Shown: positions 1-13,178, numbered from the stretch's first letter. The stretch is DNA of 64,000 nucleotides from Eledone cirrhosa (GCA_964016885.1 OZ024740.1:291276001-291340000), one strand, 5' to 3'. Numbers and translations: made by a program. The notes: generated by a model from the letters alone, not told the origin.

Positions 1-2640
1 TCCCTCTTATTCCTAATTTCTCACTTAGTTCATTTATGCTTTGCCGTTCGCGTATATTGCTATTACACATCCAACGGAGCATGGATGCTTCGTTCCTCTC
101 CAGTCTGCGCAGATCCTCTGCACACAAAGCCCATGTCTCACTGCCATGTAACATTGCTGTTCGTATACAGGTATCATACAATCTGCCTTTCATTTTTAGA
201 GAGAAACCTTTTGTGGCCAATAGAAAATCTACGTTCTTAGATAGCTTACCTGTGATCCCACTACATCTTTTATGTACCCATAGTTTGCATTTGGGACAGA
301 ATATGGAATTTCTGCCTACTCCTTTCCTACACACTGAACATGGCCATTTCCCAGAAGGTACCTGTAACCTATTTTCCTTTCTACATACTAGAACTTTAGT
401 CTTAGACAAGTTAACTTTAAGGCCTTTTGATTCTAGGCCATGCTTCCATGTTTAGAATTTCTTCTCTAGTTCAGCCATTGATTCAGCTATGAGAGTTAGA
501 TCATTTGCGTATAGAATTTCCCATGGGCAGCCAGTCTTGAACTCCTCTGTTATAGCCTGAAGGGCAATAATAAATAGGAGAGGGCTAAGGACAGAGCCTT
601 GATGAACACCGACTTTGACGCTAAATTCTTCACTATATTCGTTGTTAATTCTAACCTTGCTGATTGTTTCTTTATACATGGCTTGTATAGCTCTCACAAG
701 CCATTCATCAACACCTAGTTTTCTAAGAGCCCACCAGATAATGAAGCGGGGGACTCTGTCAAAGGCTTTCTCCAAGTCAACAAAAGCTAAGTATAGGGGT
801 TTACCTTTAGCTAGGTACTGCTCTTGTAGTTGTCGTACAAGGAAAAGAGCGTCCATGGTACTTTTACCTGACACAAACCCAAACTGCATTTCATATAGAT
901 CAATTCGCTCTCTGATTAGTTGTGCTATAACTCTTTCTGTGACCTTCATGACCTGGTCAACTAATTTAATGCCTCTATAGTTTCCCCTATCTAGAGCATC
1001 TCCTTTACTCTTGTAGCAGTTAATGGTGATGCTGCTACACCAGTCATTTGGTATGATCCCATTCTGTATGACTTGGTTTACTATCCGGGTGACCATAGTG
1101 TGCCCCACCATTCCAGATGCTTACAGCATTTCGGCAACTATTTCCAAAGGCCCAGCTCCCTTGCCTGTCTTCATATCTTTGATTGCCTTACTTATACTAC
1201 CTTTAACTTGCACTGCTGGTCCCTCTATTGGATCGATTTGGGGCAGACTATCTTTTTCCCATTTATTCTCCCTCATTTAGAAGTCTCTCGTAGTGACACT
1301 TCCAAGCTCACTTCTTATCAGCATCAGTGATGGCAAGTACACCATCATCATTACAGACACACTTCTCCCCGACAATATCACGGTTTTCCTTGACACATTG
1401 TCTAGCAATCCTGAACACCTCACGTTTTTGGTCCTCACGTTGTAGAACATGCTTGAAATTTCTTTCCTCTGCTTCCCTTCTTGCAAAGTACACTTGTCTC
1501 CTAGCTTCTCTCCTGGCCACTTGATAGTGTTCTCTACTTCCCCCATCCCGCCATACCTTCCAAGCATGCTTTTTGGCCTTGATTGACTCCTCCACCTTAC
1601 TGTTCCACCACCAAGTTACTCTCCTCCTGCCTATAGGTCTGCTCCAGCCACAGATTTCATCTGTTGCCTTCAGCAGGTTAACTTTCAGGAATTCCCACTG
1701 TTCCTTTATATTATACGTCTCTAATTGCTCTTTCTTACTGTCAAAAGCATCAAGTAATATGCTTTTTAATTTGTTACTAGTTGTGGGGTCCTTTAGCTTC
1801 CATATTCTTCTCCGCAGAGTAGTCCTCCTCTGTTGTCGAGTACGTCTAGTCCTGACTATGAGATCGCTAATTATGAGTCTATGTTGGGAGGTGCATTCTT
1901 CACGGGGAACAGATTTAGTGTTTACAACAGACACTCTATCACGTCTTCTGGTAAGGATATAAACTATCTGACTGGCGTGTTCCCTTGATCTATAGGTGAT
2001 CAAGTGATTGTCTCGTTTTTTGAAGTTTGTGTTAGTTAGGTTATTAGCGTCACAGAATTCAAGGATTCTGAAGCCTTCCTAATTTCTAGTACCAAACCCA
2101 TAGCCTCCATGGATTCCATCATAGCCGTCACAATGTTGTCCAACATGACCATTTAGGTCACCAGCAATAGTTATGTAGTCACTGTTGGTTATTTGGGAGG
2201 TAGTGAGCATTAGCGACTCATAGAATCTGTCTTTTATAAAGCGGATATTATTGTCACAGTAGTTCTGTTTAGGGCTAGTCTTATTTTAATTATTCTGTCG
2301 TTCACTCTATTTACGTCAATTACCTTATCTATCCATTTTTCTGCTAACATGATTCCTACTCCACCCAGTCCATTGTCATTTCCCACCCAGAAAAGTTTAT
2401 AGCATCGTTTTTTACCCACACTGAATCTAGCAGACCCACCCCTCCACCTAGTCTCTTGAACACAACAAATATCAACTTCCTTACGTTCAAGCATCTCTAC
2501 AACCTCATTTGAGTGACCTTTTAAGGTGCCTACATTCATGGTACCAACTCTGAAGTTTTGGATTTCGTTGGGTGGGTGAAAGGGATGGGTTGGAGGCGTA
2601 GGGAGGGGTGAGGGTGGGGTTATGTTAGCCATCCATGTCT
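1..2640 (-). mobile_element. Decayed RTE-clade LINE (APE endonuclease + reverse transcriptase), runs off the window start
   Basis: Minus-strand ORF pieces: APE N-terminus (RVGTMNVGTL...DICCVQETRW...GVGIML), linker (RRRIWKLKD, VTWWWN), RT (NYRGIKL, QFGF, AFVDLEKAFDRVPR, GVHQGSVLSPLLF, YANDL in place of YADD). Broken by stops and frameshifts. Confidence 0.95.
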
Positions 2641-3239
2641 GAAATAAAGAGGAGTCCTTGCATTCTCGTCCGGCAACAGGAGGTGAATTTATCTTTATCT
2701 TTGACATTGACATTGAGTGTTCACATTCTTCAGACTCTCTAATTCCCATAGTCCATCTAGCATATCGAAAAAGGAGTAATAGCCGAGGCAGTGGTTTTGT
2801 GAAAGAGAAACATATTATAAGCCGCTGAATTATGATTGGACCAAATAGTAATGGTGGCGATGGGAAGGTTAACGAGCAGATTAATTTTTCTGAGGTTCCT
2901 ACAGATTCGACCATAATTATAAGAAGTTAAATGAGACCAGGGATAGGTAAATGGACCAGGGATGTTGGAGAGACAAGAAAATGAAGTGAAAATACATTAC
3001 ATTTTTCAACACGACAATTCAGCAACAGTAAGGATTCGACCGATTTGGTCTACATACGATCATAGGCCTACATTTCAGCATAGGTCTACATTCGATCAAG
3101 GAAAGGGGTTAGGTCATTTCGATCAGCCCCAGTACATATTTTATGAAACCCCAATAGAACGAAGGTTAATCTCTGAACGATTTCAACTCAGAATTTAAAG
3201 GGACATAACTAAGCGAATATTGTACATTTTGTTTATTAT

Positions 3240-3790
3240 ACCATTAATCTAATACCTAAAAATGTCCTCAAAATTCTCAAATCTTTTCCCCAAAATTTTA
3301 TCAAAGATATTTTTTAATTTCCCCCAAAATTTCTCTAATAAATGTTCTTAAAATTTTCAACGTTTTTTTAAATTTTCCTCAAAATTATCTCAAACATTTT
3401 CTTCAAAATTTCATCATAATTTTTCACAAAATTTTCACCAAAAATTTTCATAAAAATGTTTCAAAGATTTTCTGAAAAAATTTCTTTAAAATTTTCCTAA
3501 AGAAATTCTCAAAAATCTTCTTAAAAATTTTCCAAAAAATTTCCCTCAAAATGTTTTCAAAAGTATTTCACCAAAAATTCTCTCAAAAAGTTACCTCAAA
3601 ATTTTCTCGATTTTTTTTTTTTTTTATTTTCTTCAAAATTATCTTTAAAAATTTGCCAAAATTTTATGAATACTTAAAAAAAGATTTTCAATTTTCTTAA
3701 AATTGTTTTCGAAAATTTATCGAAAATTTTCCAAAAATATGTTTTCCTTAACATTTTCTCAAAACATTTCACAAAAGTTTCTTGAAAACC
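3240..3790. repeat. Low-complexity A/T-tract region (TTTTC/AAAA motifs)
   Basis: Degenerate alternating poly-T/poly-A blocks. Confidence 0.6.
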
Positions 3791-4287
3791 CTCAGCAGAA
3801 TCCACTCTGTTGCAATCATTTGAACCTAGTTTTAAGATAACACGGAAGCTTTGCAATAAAATCAATGATGTTGCTCTACCTCCACTGATAATCACATATA
3901 ACTTATATTTATTTTCTGAAATCATTTCAGATAAAAACACTAAACAGCAATAACTCATACAGAACAACTACTCTTTTTATTCCATGTAAGTTATAAAACT
4001 TGTAATGTTATTTTTAATGTGATGATTTCAATTGTTAAAAAATCTATTACTGAATGCACAAAAAAAAATGTTCTTTGTAGTAAATGTTCTTAATGTGGTT
4101 GTTGTTTAACTATTTTATTATCATATTTCTAATGAAAAACATTGCCTATAATTTTCAAATAATTTAAAAAATAATCAAGAATAATCTCATTATTAAGCTG
4201 GTGGTTGAAGTATAACATAACAAAGATCCATACATAAAATTATGAAGGAAGGTTTTTAGGTAAATATAAACATCTTAATGCAAACAC

Positions 4288-4430
4288 CTATCAGAAGGAA
4301 CCATCTCCAATTGATCTGGCCAGATCCTCAAGCGTGACCAGTCAATCTTATGGATGTTATTCAACCGTCTTACTTATGGGCTACCTTTGGGTCTCCTGCT
4401 TGTTGGTTTTACCCGTAAAATCTGTGCAGC
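4288..4430 (-). mobile_element. 3' fragment of a second RTE-type LINE family
   Basis: Reverse complement resembles 58290-58425 and 7690-7820 (KPTGRRPRGRP...RW region). Confidence 0.65.
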
Positions 4431-5116
4431 AATTATAATCACTGGATTCTTTAGGGGTTGAAAAATAAAATACTACTCTAATGCAGTAGATTGACAGAAT
4501 TATTAGAGTATTAAACTGGATGGCTTGCTGTACCTGTTGCAACTATGTGTGTTCTGTGTTAAAGATCCACCTCATTTCATCAAAAAAATGTTGACATGGT
4601 TAGAACATTAAAACATCCAAGAAACCCCTATGAGATTCAACCTCATAAAAGGCTGGCTAAAACTATTCATGTGTGAACTATAACAACAGTAACAGTATGA
4701 CATACTGGACCTGTATTCCCACCACTGTCCAGCCTACTTTTGTATATCTGTACAATCTGGTGGTAGTTACAGCAGAAGTGGGCAAGATGGATTTGTTCAG
4801 TGTAAGACAGTTGATGTCCCATTTATTTCAGTGTGCCCATGGTTTCTTTTTCTGTTTGTCTTAAGTGAGTAAGAGAGAGATAAGTTTTAGGATGACATTG
4901 TAGCAATATTCTAGTGTACATTGTTCGGGAGTTTTCATGATAGAAACTTTGAATGTTGAATTTTACTGTGGCAACACACCATGTTCCTTGCCTGTTGAAG
5001 TGGTCTTTCATTTTTACGTATTCATTTAACTTGTTATAATTAGCAGCCAAAAATGCTTCAAATTTTATCCTATCATCTTAAAAAATGATAAATATAGTAT
5101 ATTTTGTTTCTTAAAG

Positions 5117-5191
5117 GTAATCTCCCTGCCTTGCAAGGAAACACAGAAAACGTTTGTGGAAGTCCAAAAATAGAAACTTCAGTTCAGCCAG
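5117..5191 (+). CDS. Internal exon (extracellular stalk) of putative IL-17R-like receptor
   Basis: tttgtttcttaaAG acceptor, CAG|GTAAAT donor, 75 nt, phase 1-1, open: NLPALQGNTENVCGSPKIETSVQP. In phase with the next exon. Confidence 0.55.
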
Positions 5192-5586
5192 GTAAATGTT
5201 CCATATAAATTGTAACAAATTTTCAATAGATCATTCACTTGTTCACAGCATTTTTAACAGTGAGGACAACACAGGAGTGTCTCTACCTTGATACAGAACA
5301 AATATCTCATGGAATTTTGTTCATAAGGCATTTGTTTCTCCCTGGTGTTTACACCCTTTGCTGATAAAATGTTTGCTGTTTTTTCTTGGTTTCTATAAAT
5401 TTCAAGTAATAATAATTTCTGAATTTGACACAAGACCATAAATTGTTGGGAAGAGGAAACAGTTAGTTATATTAATTCCAGTACATTGCTTTATTGACCC
5501 TAGAAGGATGAAAGAAAATTTCTTTGAAGCAAATTAAAAAAAAAAAATTAAACTTCAGATTACTTTTCAAAATGTTTTCTTTTCAG

Positions 5587-5754
5587 CAAGGTTTTCCAGT
5601 CCAAAATATATATCAACCCCCTCAACATTATTTAAAACAACATTAAGATCAACAACAGGTGAAGATACTGAGAAAGACAGTAACACTAATGTTGCATGGA
5701 TTATAACAATAGCAGTTTTGTTTGTGGTTTTATTAATATCCTTTGCTATTATTG
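5587..5754 (+). CDS. Ser/Thr-rich stalk plus transmembrane exon of putative IL-17R-like receptor
   Basis: Polypyrimidine ttttcttttcAG acceptor, G|GTAAGT donor, 168 nt, phase 1-1: RFSSPKYISTPSTLFKTTLRSTTGEDTEKDSNTN-VAWIITIAVLFVVLLISFAII-G. Confidence 0.8.
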
Positions 5755-6140
5755 GTAAGTTTGCTGTTGTTGTAATTGTTGTCTAATCCTAGGTCAACTC
5801 TGAGCAGACCAATGATCAAAGCTGTTCAAGCTGTGACTTTTTTATTTTTTTTAGACAAAGTGTCTAGTACTACACTATTCAACTATATAGAGTCATCTCT
5901 CCACTTTCTAGGTTGTTATTATTGAAGTATGTCAGATATCTGTATTCAAAGATTGTATTTAAGTTTTACAATAAAATCTCTACACAATTGACTGATGTAA
6001 ATGTTATCAGTCAACCTGTTAAAAACAACAACCAAATCTACCTCAAATCACTTCCATACTGTTTTAAAAAAATTAAAAACAAAATAGTCATGGCTGGAAC
6101 ACTCTTGATCGTGTATTTGCTCAGTCAGGACTGAACTGCT

Positions 6141-6353
6141 TTAACCCTTTAGCATTACCGGCCAGAATTCTCTCACCTCTTTCTGTTCAAACTGGCTGTA
6201 ACTGGCCACTCATACTGATGTTAAGGGATTGTTCTCAAAATAAATAATATCAAAATCTTATACATTCAATATTGTTTGAGATATTATGAGATAAAGCCTT
6301 TACCATGAAAATACAATAGTATATATAGAGTAATGTAAATGCTAAAGGGTTAA
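6141..6353. mobile_element. piggyBac-like MITE (TTAA target, CCC...GGG ends)
   Basis: TTAA-CCCTTTAGCATT ... AATGCTAAAGGG-TTAA. A related copy lies at 33369-33854. Confidence 0.75.
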
Positions 6354-6519
6354 ATGACAACTGACATAAGCACATTTTTTTAAAGTGATAATGTATATAT
6401 ATATATATAAGTATGTATACGTACATATATATACATGTATACAGACGTACAGTAGTATGTATATACATACATACATACACACATATATATATGTACATAT
6501 TGGTTTACCGAACATTGGT

Positions 6520-6760
6520 TTAGCAATATATATATGGATGTATATATAATGTATTTTGCAATACACTAGTAGTTGGCCTTGATAAGCTTCAACCAAAGCG
6601 AAACAAGACTTGTCGGCTTATCTCCCCTGTTTGCTGAGATCAAAGTGAGTGAATTTGTCACTACTTTAAAACAATAGCTTACGGTCTTCAAAATGCTTTT
6701 AATTAAGCATAAAGTGTATTGCAAAATACATTATATATACATCCATATATATATATTGCT
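6520..6760 (+). mobile_element. Fold-back Penelope-like remnant with degenerate hammerhead core
   Basis: About 50-bp inverted arms (6520-6568 / 6713-6760). Internal GCC-TTGATAA-GCTT/AAGC-GAAAC-AAGACTT-GTC-GGC at 6576-6617. Confidence 0.55.
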
Positions 6761-6847
6761 ATTTCAGAGCTCCAATTCTAATATATATATGTATCTATAT
6801 ATATATATATATACATATATATTTATATATACATATTTATATAGATA

Positions 6848-7405
6848 CAATTGCACCTCTTGAAGGTGATGACACAGTGTTATGCAGTAATATAGAAGAC
6901 CCATAGTCCCATGTGCATGGGTTGAAGTATACATCTTGCCTTCCCCCTTCCTCGTCCATACACCTCCAGGTCTTAACATCCCTCCCTTCATCCACGTCCC
7001 ACCTCTTACACCTCCCACGTACTAACACTCCACCCACACCCGAACACACTGCCACCTTACACACGCCCCCAGATCTACCTCTCCAATCCCCACACACATA
7101 CCCCCACCTAAGTCTCCAGTCCACACGGTAAGGTGGTTGTGTAGGTGACACAAAAAAAGTGCCCAGCTCACACAGCATAGTGGTCATGTAGGTATCACAA
7201 CAAAAATCACCCAGCACACACTGTAAATGTGTTTAATGTTAGGAAGGGCATCCAGCTGTAGAAACCAAGCCCAAACCAGTTCTGTATGAGTAAGACATGG
7301 TCATCAGACATGGCTTGTCTCACAACAGGGCAACCCATCTAACCCATGATAGTGTGGAAAAATGAGTGAACATTAAACAGTGATGATGATAATGATGATG
7401 ATGAT
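6848..7405 (+). mobile_element. 5'-truncated RTE 3' end with (GAT)n tail
   Basis: Matches the ORF end and 3' UTR of the RTE at 54250-54625 (aaaagcacccagc, aggaagggcatccagctgtagaaa, ctaacccatg, (GAT)n). Confidence 0.75.
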
Positions 7406-7407
7406 AT

Positions 7408-7870
7408 GCATTTGGTAATAAGAAGAAGGGAAGTAAGCATAAAAGCCAAACTTGCTATCTTCAATTTGGTATTCATGTCAGCCCTTTCCTATGACTGAAA
7501 GAATACAATCAGAATACAAGCAACCAAAATGGGCTTCTTTTGAAGGGTTTTGGAGTAATGTTACATGATAGAGTGCATAGCTCAGAGATCAGATAGTCAC
7601 TCCAGGTAGAGCTGCTACTTCTCCAAATTATGAGATCACAGCTCTGATACTATGGGTATATGGTTAGAATGTCTCAGGAAAGAATTTTATGGGCAAAACC
7701 AACTGGCATGTAACCCAGGGGTAGACCCAGAGCAAGATGATTGGATAACATCCATGAGCTTGGCTGGTCTCACTTGGGGATCCAGTGGGATCAATTGGAG
7801 TCAGTTGTTTCTGACAGGTCCTGCTGGAAGGAGTGTTTGAGTACTCTTCCCCCATAACCCCAAGATCAAC
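7408..7870 (+). mobile_element. 3' fragment of second RTE-type LINE family
   Basis: Decayed VIRRREVSIKAKLAIF...RIQATKMGFF...LLLLQI...RM...KPTG...PRGRP. Similar to 58021-58460. Confidence 0.75.
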
Positions 7871-7879
7871 TCTAAGAAC

Positions 7880-8430
7880 AATATGTTCTGGGAGTTAGAG
7901 AAATCCACTGAAGTGACTGTGAAACCTCTACTCAGCTATATGTACCAACTCAGCTGCCATTTCTGAGAGAGAGTTGATTGGCCTATTCTTCAAAGAAAAT
8001 GGTGTTACTGCTACAGTCACAAATGAACGTTATGTGGGGATCAAAAAGGGGCTAGAGAGCATGTACCAATCTCTAATGAATAAGTTCTGGTTCCAACAAG
8101 ATGGGGGAAGCTCTCACACCTCCAATGAGTTGCGAGAATGGCTGAAAAATAACTTTGGAAATTGTGTGATCAGTTTGAAGACTGATTTTGAATAGGCCCC
8201 ACAGAGCGTGCTTTAAGCCCCCCAGATTTCTTTCTTTGTGGCTATCTGAAGGATAGGGAATATGTCAACAAACCCAGGATCACCAATGAACAAAAGGAAA
8301 ACACCGGGGGGGGGGGGGGGGGTCAGAGCTATCCCTAGGTCTGTTTGTAAAGACATTATAATAAATTTCACCATGTGCCTAAAAAATGCATGGATTCAAA
8401 CGGCGATCACTTGGAAGACATACTGTAACT
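7880..8430 (+). mobile_element. Tc1/mariner transposase relic
   Basis: TVTNERY...WFQQDGGSSHTS...WLKNNFGNCVISLK followed by a decayed SPDL-like LSPPDFFLCGYLKDR motif. Confidence 0.85.
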
Positions 8431-8699
8431 CTGGACAGAAGGATAAGAAGTTGTGAATTTCAGACATGTTGTTTTTAATGATTTGAACTAAATATATTCA
8501 GAATTTCATAAGTTTTTGTCCAGAAAGGAATAATGTAGACGAAAATAAAAATACATTTTTTTTTAGCCCCTCTGAATATATATAATAAGCAATAAGAACT
8601 TCAAAAATTCGGTACAGTGTGGATAGAAATATATATATAAAGGTGGTATTGGGGTAAAGGATGACAAATAAAACAAAATGAAATAATGTTTTTTACCCA

Positions 8700-9240
8700 C
8701 TATATGTGCTCTTTCACAGCAGAACCCCTTGTGGCTATGTGCTCTTTCACAGCAGAACTTCTGATGCTCATGTGCTCTTTGACAGAAGAACCTCTCATGG
8801 TCATGTGCTCTATGACAGAAGAACCTCTCATGGTCATGTGCTCTATGACAGAAGAACCTCTCATGGTCATGTGCTCTTTGACAGAAGAACCTCTCATGGT
8901 CATGTGCTCTTTGACAGAAGAACTTCTCATGGTCATGTGCTCTTTGACAGAAGAACCTCTCATGGTCATGTGCTGTTTGACCCATATGTATATTTCCAAT
9001 ATATAAGGAACCACATCGACTGTAGACCACATACGTTCTCATGCACACTTCCACGTTGTTGAAGAGACAGTTATGTAGTATGCATATATCATCATATGTT
9101 GATCAAGGTTTGGAATGTAGTTTCCTCAAAGCAGGTTCCGAGTGTGCCAGTTGTATATTCAGATCCCCCCTATGGATAGCTTGTTGGAAGGCAGTGGCCA
9201 TCTATTCATTGAAATGCAGCAGCTTTAGATAGCATATGCT
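8700..9240 (-). mobile_element. Penelope-like element relic (GIY-YIG endonuclease region)
   Basis: Minus strand: C-x3-C...CMRTYVVYSRCGSLYIG followed by (shifted frame) WVKQH...GSAVKEH, resembling PLE GIY-YIG (VVY...C...YIG...KEH). Confidence 0.5.
8704..8980. repeat. Minisatellite, 33-bp unit, about 8 copies
   Basis: Unit ATGTGCTCTTTGACAGAAGAACCTCTCATGGTC. Confidence 0.95.
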
Positions 9241-9521
9241 ATCCCTAGGGATGCACACATACACTCCCACCATACAAACATACACACATACACTCCCTCA
9301 CATACACACATACCTACATACCTTCTATACACACATACATACATTCCCACCATACACATATACACACATACACTCTTGCCATACACATATACACTCTCTC
9401 ACATACACACATACACATCCTCACATACAATAAGGAAAAGAAATTATAATATTTAACATTTATCTACTGTATCAAAATATTGTATGCTGAAATAAAATCT
9501 GTATTATTTTTTCTCCAACAG

Positions 9522-10435
9522 GAAAATTAAGTAACCGAAAAATCTCTCAAAAACAACAAGGCCTGATTATATCTTTCCCTCACCCTATGGAACATTGTGC
9601 TGCTACCAAAGAACTAACAATAATCTTAAACTGTTATACAAGCTTACATGTAAGAAACTCTCAGGAAATGAAATTAAAAGAAAACCAATCACTTCAAAAA
9701 CAAATTCAGCAAGTTTATGACAATTTTAACACCTTCATTATCATCCATTCTGATGGTTTGTATTATCACAACCAGAATCAGGGAAAAAATAAGATTGGAC
9801 AAGAAATGGCTGATTTTACAATTGATCTTGTTAAATTCTGCACTACAGATGGTTTATATCAGTTAAAAAATATCTATCATGTCACATTTGATGAAGATCC
9901 AAGTATATTTGAATACTCTGAGCTATGTTCTGATTTCCAAGATAACATGTATTACTTATACAGACCAAATATTTTTGGAAATAATGGTTTGGATTTGAAT
10001 CAAATTGAAAATTTCCTCAGTGATATAAATGACCAACAGGCAGATGTACAACCAAGTGGACACCATATTAAATTCCATTTGAACTGGAAAGAAAGTAGAG
10101 AAATACAAAATTTAAATGATGCTTTGATTTCTCGAGACTATAAACAAAAAGTGTTTCCTGATTGGTATGCTGACATGTTTCCTCAATCAAAACTTAATAA
10201 AAATTTCTCTAATTTTAATTTAACCACACTTTCAAAAGTTTCCGAATTTATGTCAATTGAAGACCTTGGAAATGATGTGCGTGGAAACCAAGAAATAGAT
10301 AGAAGTGTCAACAGCATAAATAATATTACTGCTTCTGAAACTGATCAAATATCTGATAATGATCAAATATCTGTTTTGCTACAGAGGATTAATGAGGAAA
10401 ATGGTGGCAGGTTAATAACAGATAATAACAGATAA
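9522..10435 (+). CDS. Terminal exon encoding cytoplasmic SEFIR/TIR-like domain (IL-17 receptor-like)
   Basis: ttttttctccaacAG acceptor in phase with the TM exon gives G-KLSNRKISQKQQGLIISFPHPMEHCAATKELTIILN...FIIIHSDG...IYHVTFD. About 304 open codons in AT-rich DNA. The SEFIR assignment is by resemblance only. Confidence 0.7.
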
Positions 10436-10449
10436 AAATTTATTATTAT

Positions 10450-10489
<40 letters not shown>

Positions 10490-10779
10490 TTTTTAAATTT
10501 ATTTAATTCACTATTGTATATACCACATTGTTCACAATTCTTTCATAATGAAAATATAAACACATATAAATACAATTAATTACTACTAGGAACCTCACAA
10601 ATATAACACCAAAATATATGATCAAAACGAGAGAAAAAAAAGTGGGATCAAAAACGACCATCAATTGACCAGCAAGTGTGACAATCGCCTGCACTTCACA
10701 TGGGTCAACGGAATATTTTGAGGCTACTTTGAAACCTTGGTGTTCAATATTTATTTAAGATTAGTACAAATGTATATTA

Positions 10780-11060
10780 ATCATCATCAACATCATCATC
10801 ATCATCATCATCATTATCATTATCAACATCATTATTATCATCAACATCATCGTCATCAACATCATTATCATCACCATCATTACTATCATCATCATCATCA
10901 TTATCATCATCATCCTCATCATCATGATTGTCATTATTGCCACCACAAACACTACCATCAACATCATCAAAATCACCATCCCCATCATGTCCTTATTAAC
11001 ATCATTTGCATCACTGTCCTTATTTTAGTATTCATCATCATCATCATCATCATTGTTATT
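10780..11060. repeat. (CAT)n-type microsatellite, likely in the 3' UTR
   Basis: Imperfect CAT/CAC/TAT repeats. AATAAA cluster near 11237-11270. Confidence 0.85.
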
Positions 11061-12394
11061 GTTAATATCCATATTGTAATAAACATCATTTATTATAAAA
11101 ATTATCTTCTAGTTTTATGTTTGCATCACGTTGTTTGTTTGTTTTTAATTTGAATGGCTTACATCAGAATTTTTCATCTTGGTAACACATTTAAAAAAAA
11201 AAAATAGTTTTCAAGTTTTATTCATGATATGAAATTAATAAAATTAATAAATAAACAATAAATAATAAATCACATGTCACCTGTTATATATTTAATTCTA
11301 CACAGGGTTGTTTCATCTTAATTATGATTCACAGCTAAATATTCATAAAAATCTATCAAATTTACTTCAAAATACAGATAGAGATTATAGGTGACACATT
11401 AAAGTGTCATAACACAGTTTAGAAGCTTCTGGCCCAGATTGTTATTAAAGTGTAACAGTAGAATGCAAAGAAACTAGTGATGGCCTGCACTCATAAATAG
11501 TTAATGTTGTATCCAACTCCTCAAACCCTGCACTAACCACTACACAGTCCTTCCTGCTCAGAATGTCAACCATCTAGAACTACCTTCCTGCTCATATCTT
11601 TTAAAAAAAACTGGATCTGCAACATTACAGAATTTAGAAAGTATGTTAGCTGCTTCAATGTAATTGTTTTTACTATGCAAATAGCTGAAAGAGTTAGGTT
11701 AAAGACAGAAAAATTGAATACTGTCACCTGTGAGAATCGAACTTGTCATATGTTGGACAGCTGTGCTACCATTATATATGGCATGCTGCAGTTGCGAGTT
11801 CAAATTCCACATGTGACACAGTCCACCTTTTCTGTTTCTAGGGATTACAATGCCCAGCTTGTTCAACTACTTTCAAAGTTCAAAATTTTCTCAGTGTTTA
11901 TTGAATACGATTGATTCAAGATATTGAATTTACAGTTGGCAAAAAAAAAGAAGAAAAAACTTATGTAAGAGTAAAGAACAAAATAGAATGAAACATTTAA
12001 ATTCATATCAATTATAAGTTTCATTTTGCTATAACACTAGGAAGTATGGGCCAGAAAGTGAGCTTTCACATGATTGGTTGACTTTCTAGAAATAGTAGCA
12101 AAATTTGCCTCAAATTTCACCTTATCTTCATTAAAAAAAAAACATATGGGATAATGTAGACCTGAATATATTGTCAGAAAATAAGATGACAGAAATATCT
12201 GTGATGATATATCTTTTATATTAGAGCTGATCTGGAACTAAATAATGACAGCAATAATAACAATAGGAACAGCAGCAGGAGCAACAATTAAGGAGTACGA
12301 CAAAATGGAAGACATTTCAAAAAATTTTAAATATGAATGAAATTGCTCTGATCACATAAACCACAATATTATTTATTCTACACTGCTTTCCAGC

Positions 12395-12530
12395 GTAGTT
12401 ACGTCCCTTTGCGGTCTGAGTTTAAATCCCACCGAGGTTAACTTTGCCTTTCATCCTTACGGGGTCGATAAAATAAAGTACCAGTAATGCACTGGGTAAT
12501 TGATGGCCTTGTGCCAAAAGTAGAAACAAT
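12395..12530 (+). mobile_element. SINE fragment (GAGTTyAAAT B-box-like + actttgcctttcatcct...gataaaataaagtaccagta core)
   Basis: The same core recurs at 28750-28820 (+), 50410-50480 (-), 50640-50710 (-) and 55920-56105 (-). Confidence 0.7.
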
Positions 12531-12836
12531 TATTTATTCTACAGCGCAAAATAAATTGTTGAAAAACTACAAACTATTTTTCTTAATATCTATCTTGCTA
12601 TTTAACCCTTTCATGGCCACATTTCTAATGAAATACATTCTATTTTAATTAATTATTGAAGAATTTCGAGGGATTTACTAAAATTATTAACTAATTCATT
12701 ACTAAGACAGTAATTTAATGTAAGGTTCTTATATAAAATTATATTGGAAGATATTAATTTAAATTGGAAATCTTTAAAGTGGGTGGTTTTATTTCATAGA
12801 ACCAGAGCCAGTTTTGGCTGGGTTCGTAACTAAAGC

Positions 12837-13178
12837 CATCATCATCACTGTTTTACGTCCATTCTTCCATAGTAGCATGGGTTAGCCGGGTTGTCCTGTT
12901 GTGGGCAATGCCTAGTCGGGTGACCTTGTCTTGCTCATACGGCTTGATTTCTACAGCTGGATGCCCTTCCTAACACCAACCTCATTTACAGTGAGTGCTG
13001 GGTGCTTTTTTACTGTGGCGCCTCCACAGTCACTTTACAGTGTGAGCTGGGTGCTTTTTGTCATGACACCTCCATGACCACTTTGCAGTGGGAGGGGATG
13101 GGGGCATATTTTCTATATGCTTCAGCTTTGGCTTGTACTCGTGTAACACATCGCCTTTGAGAGGTGCAATTGGGCAAG
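12837..13178 (-). mobile_element. 5'-truncated RTE 3' end
   Basis: Reverse complement aligns with 54245-54625, including the (GAT)n tail. Confidence 0.85.

Noticed and set aside
2620-2800. HDV-like ribozyme at the RTE 5' end (minus strand CACCTCCTG...GG...ATGGCTAAC)
   Set aside because: The motif words are suggestive, but I could not build convincing P1 and P2 helices by eye; an Infernal/RNArobo search is needed.
10737-11153. His-rich or Met-rich ORFs (also 35224-35901)
   Set aside because: Translations of CAT/GAT/GGT microsatellites.
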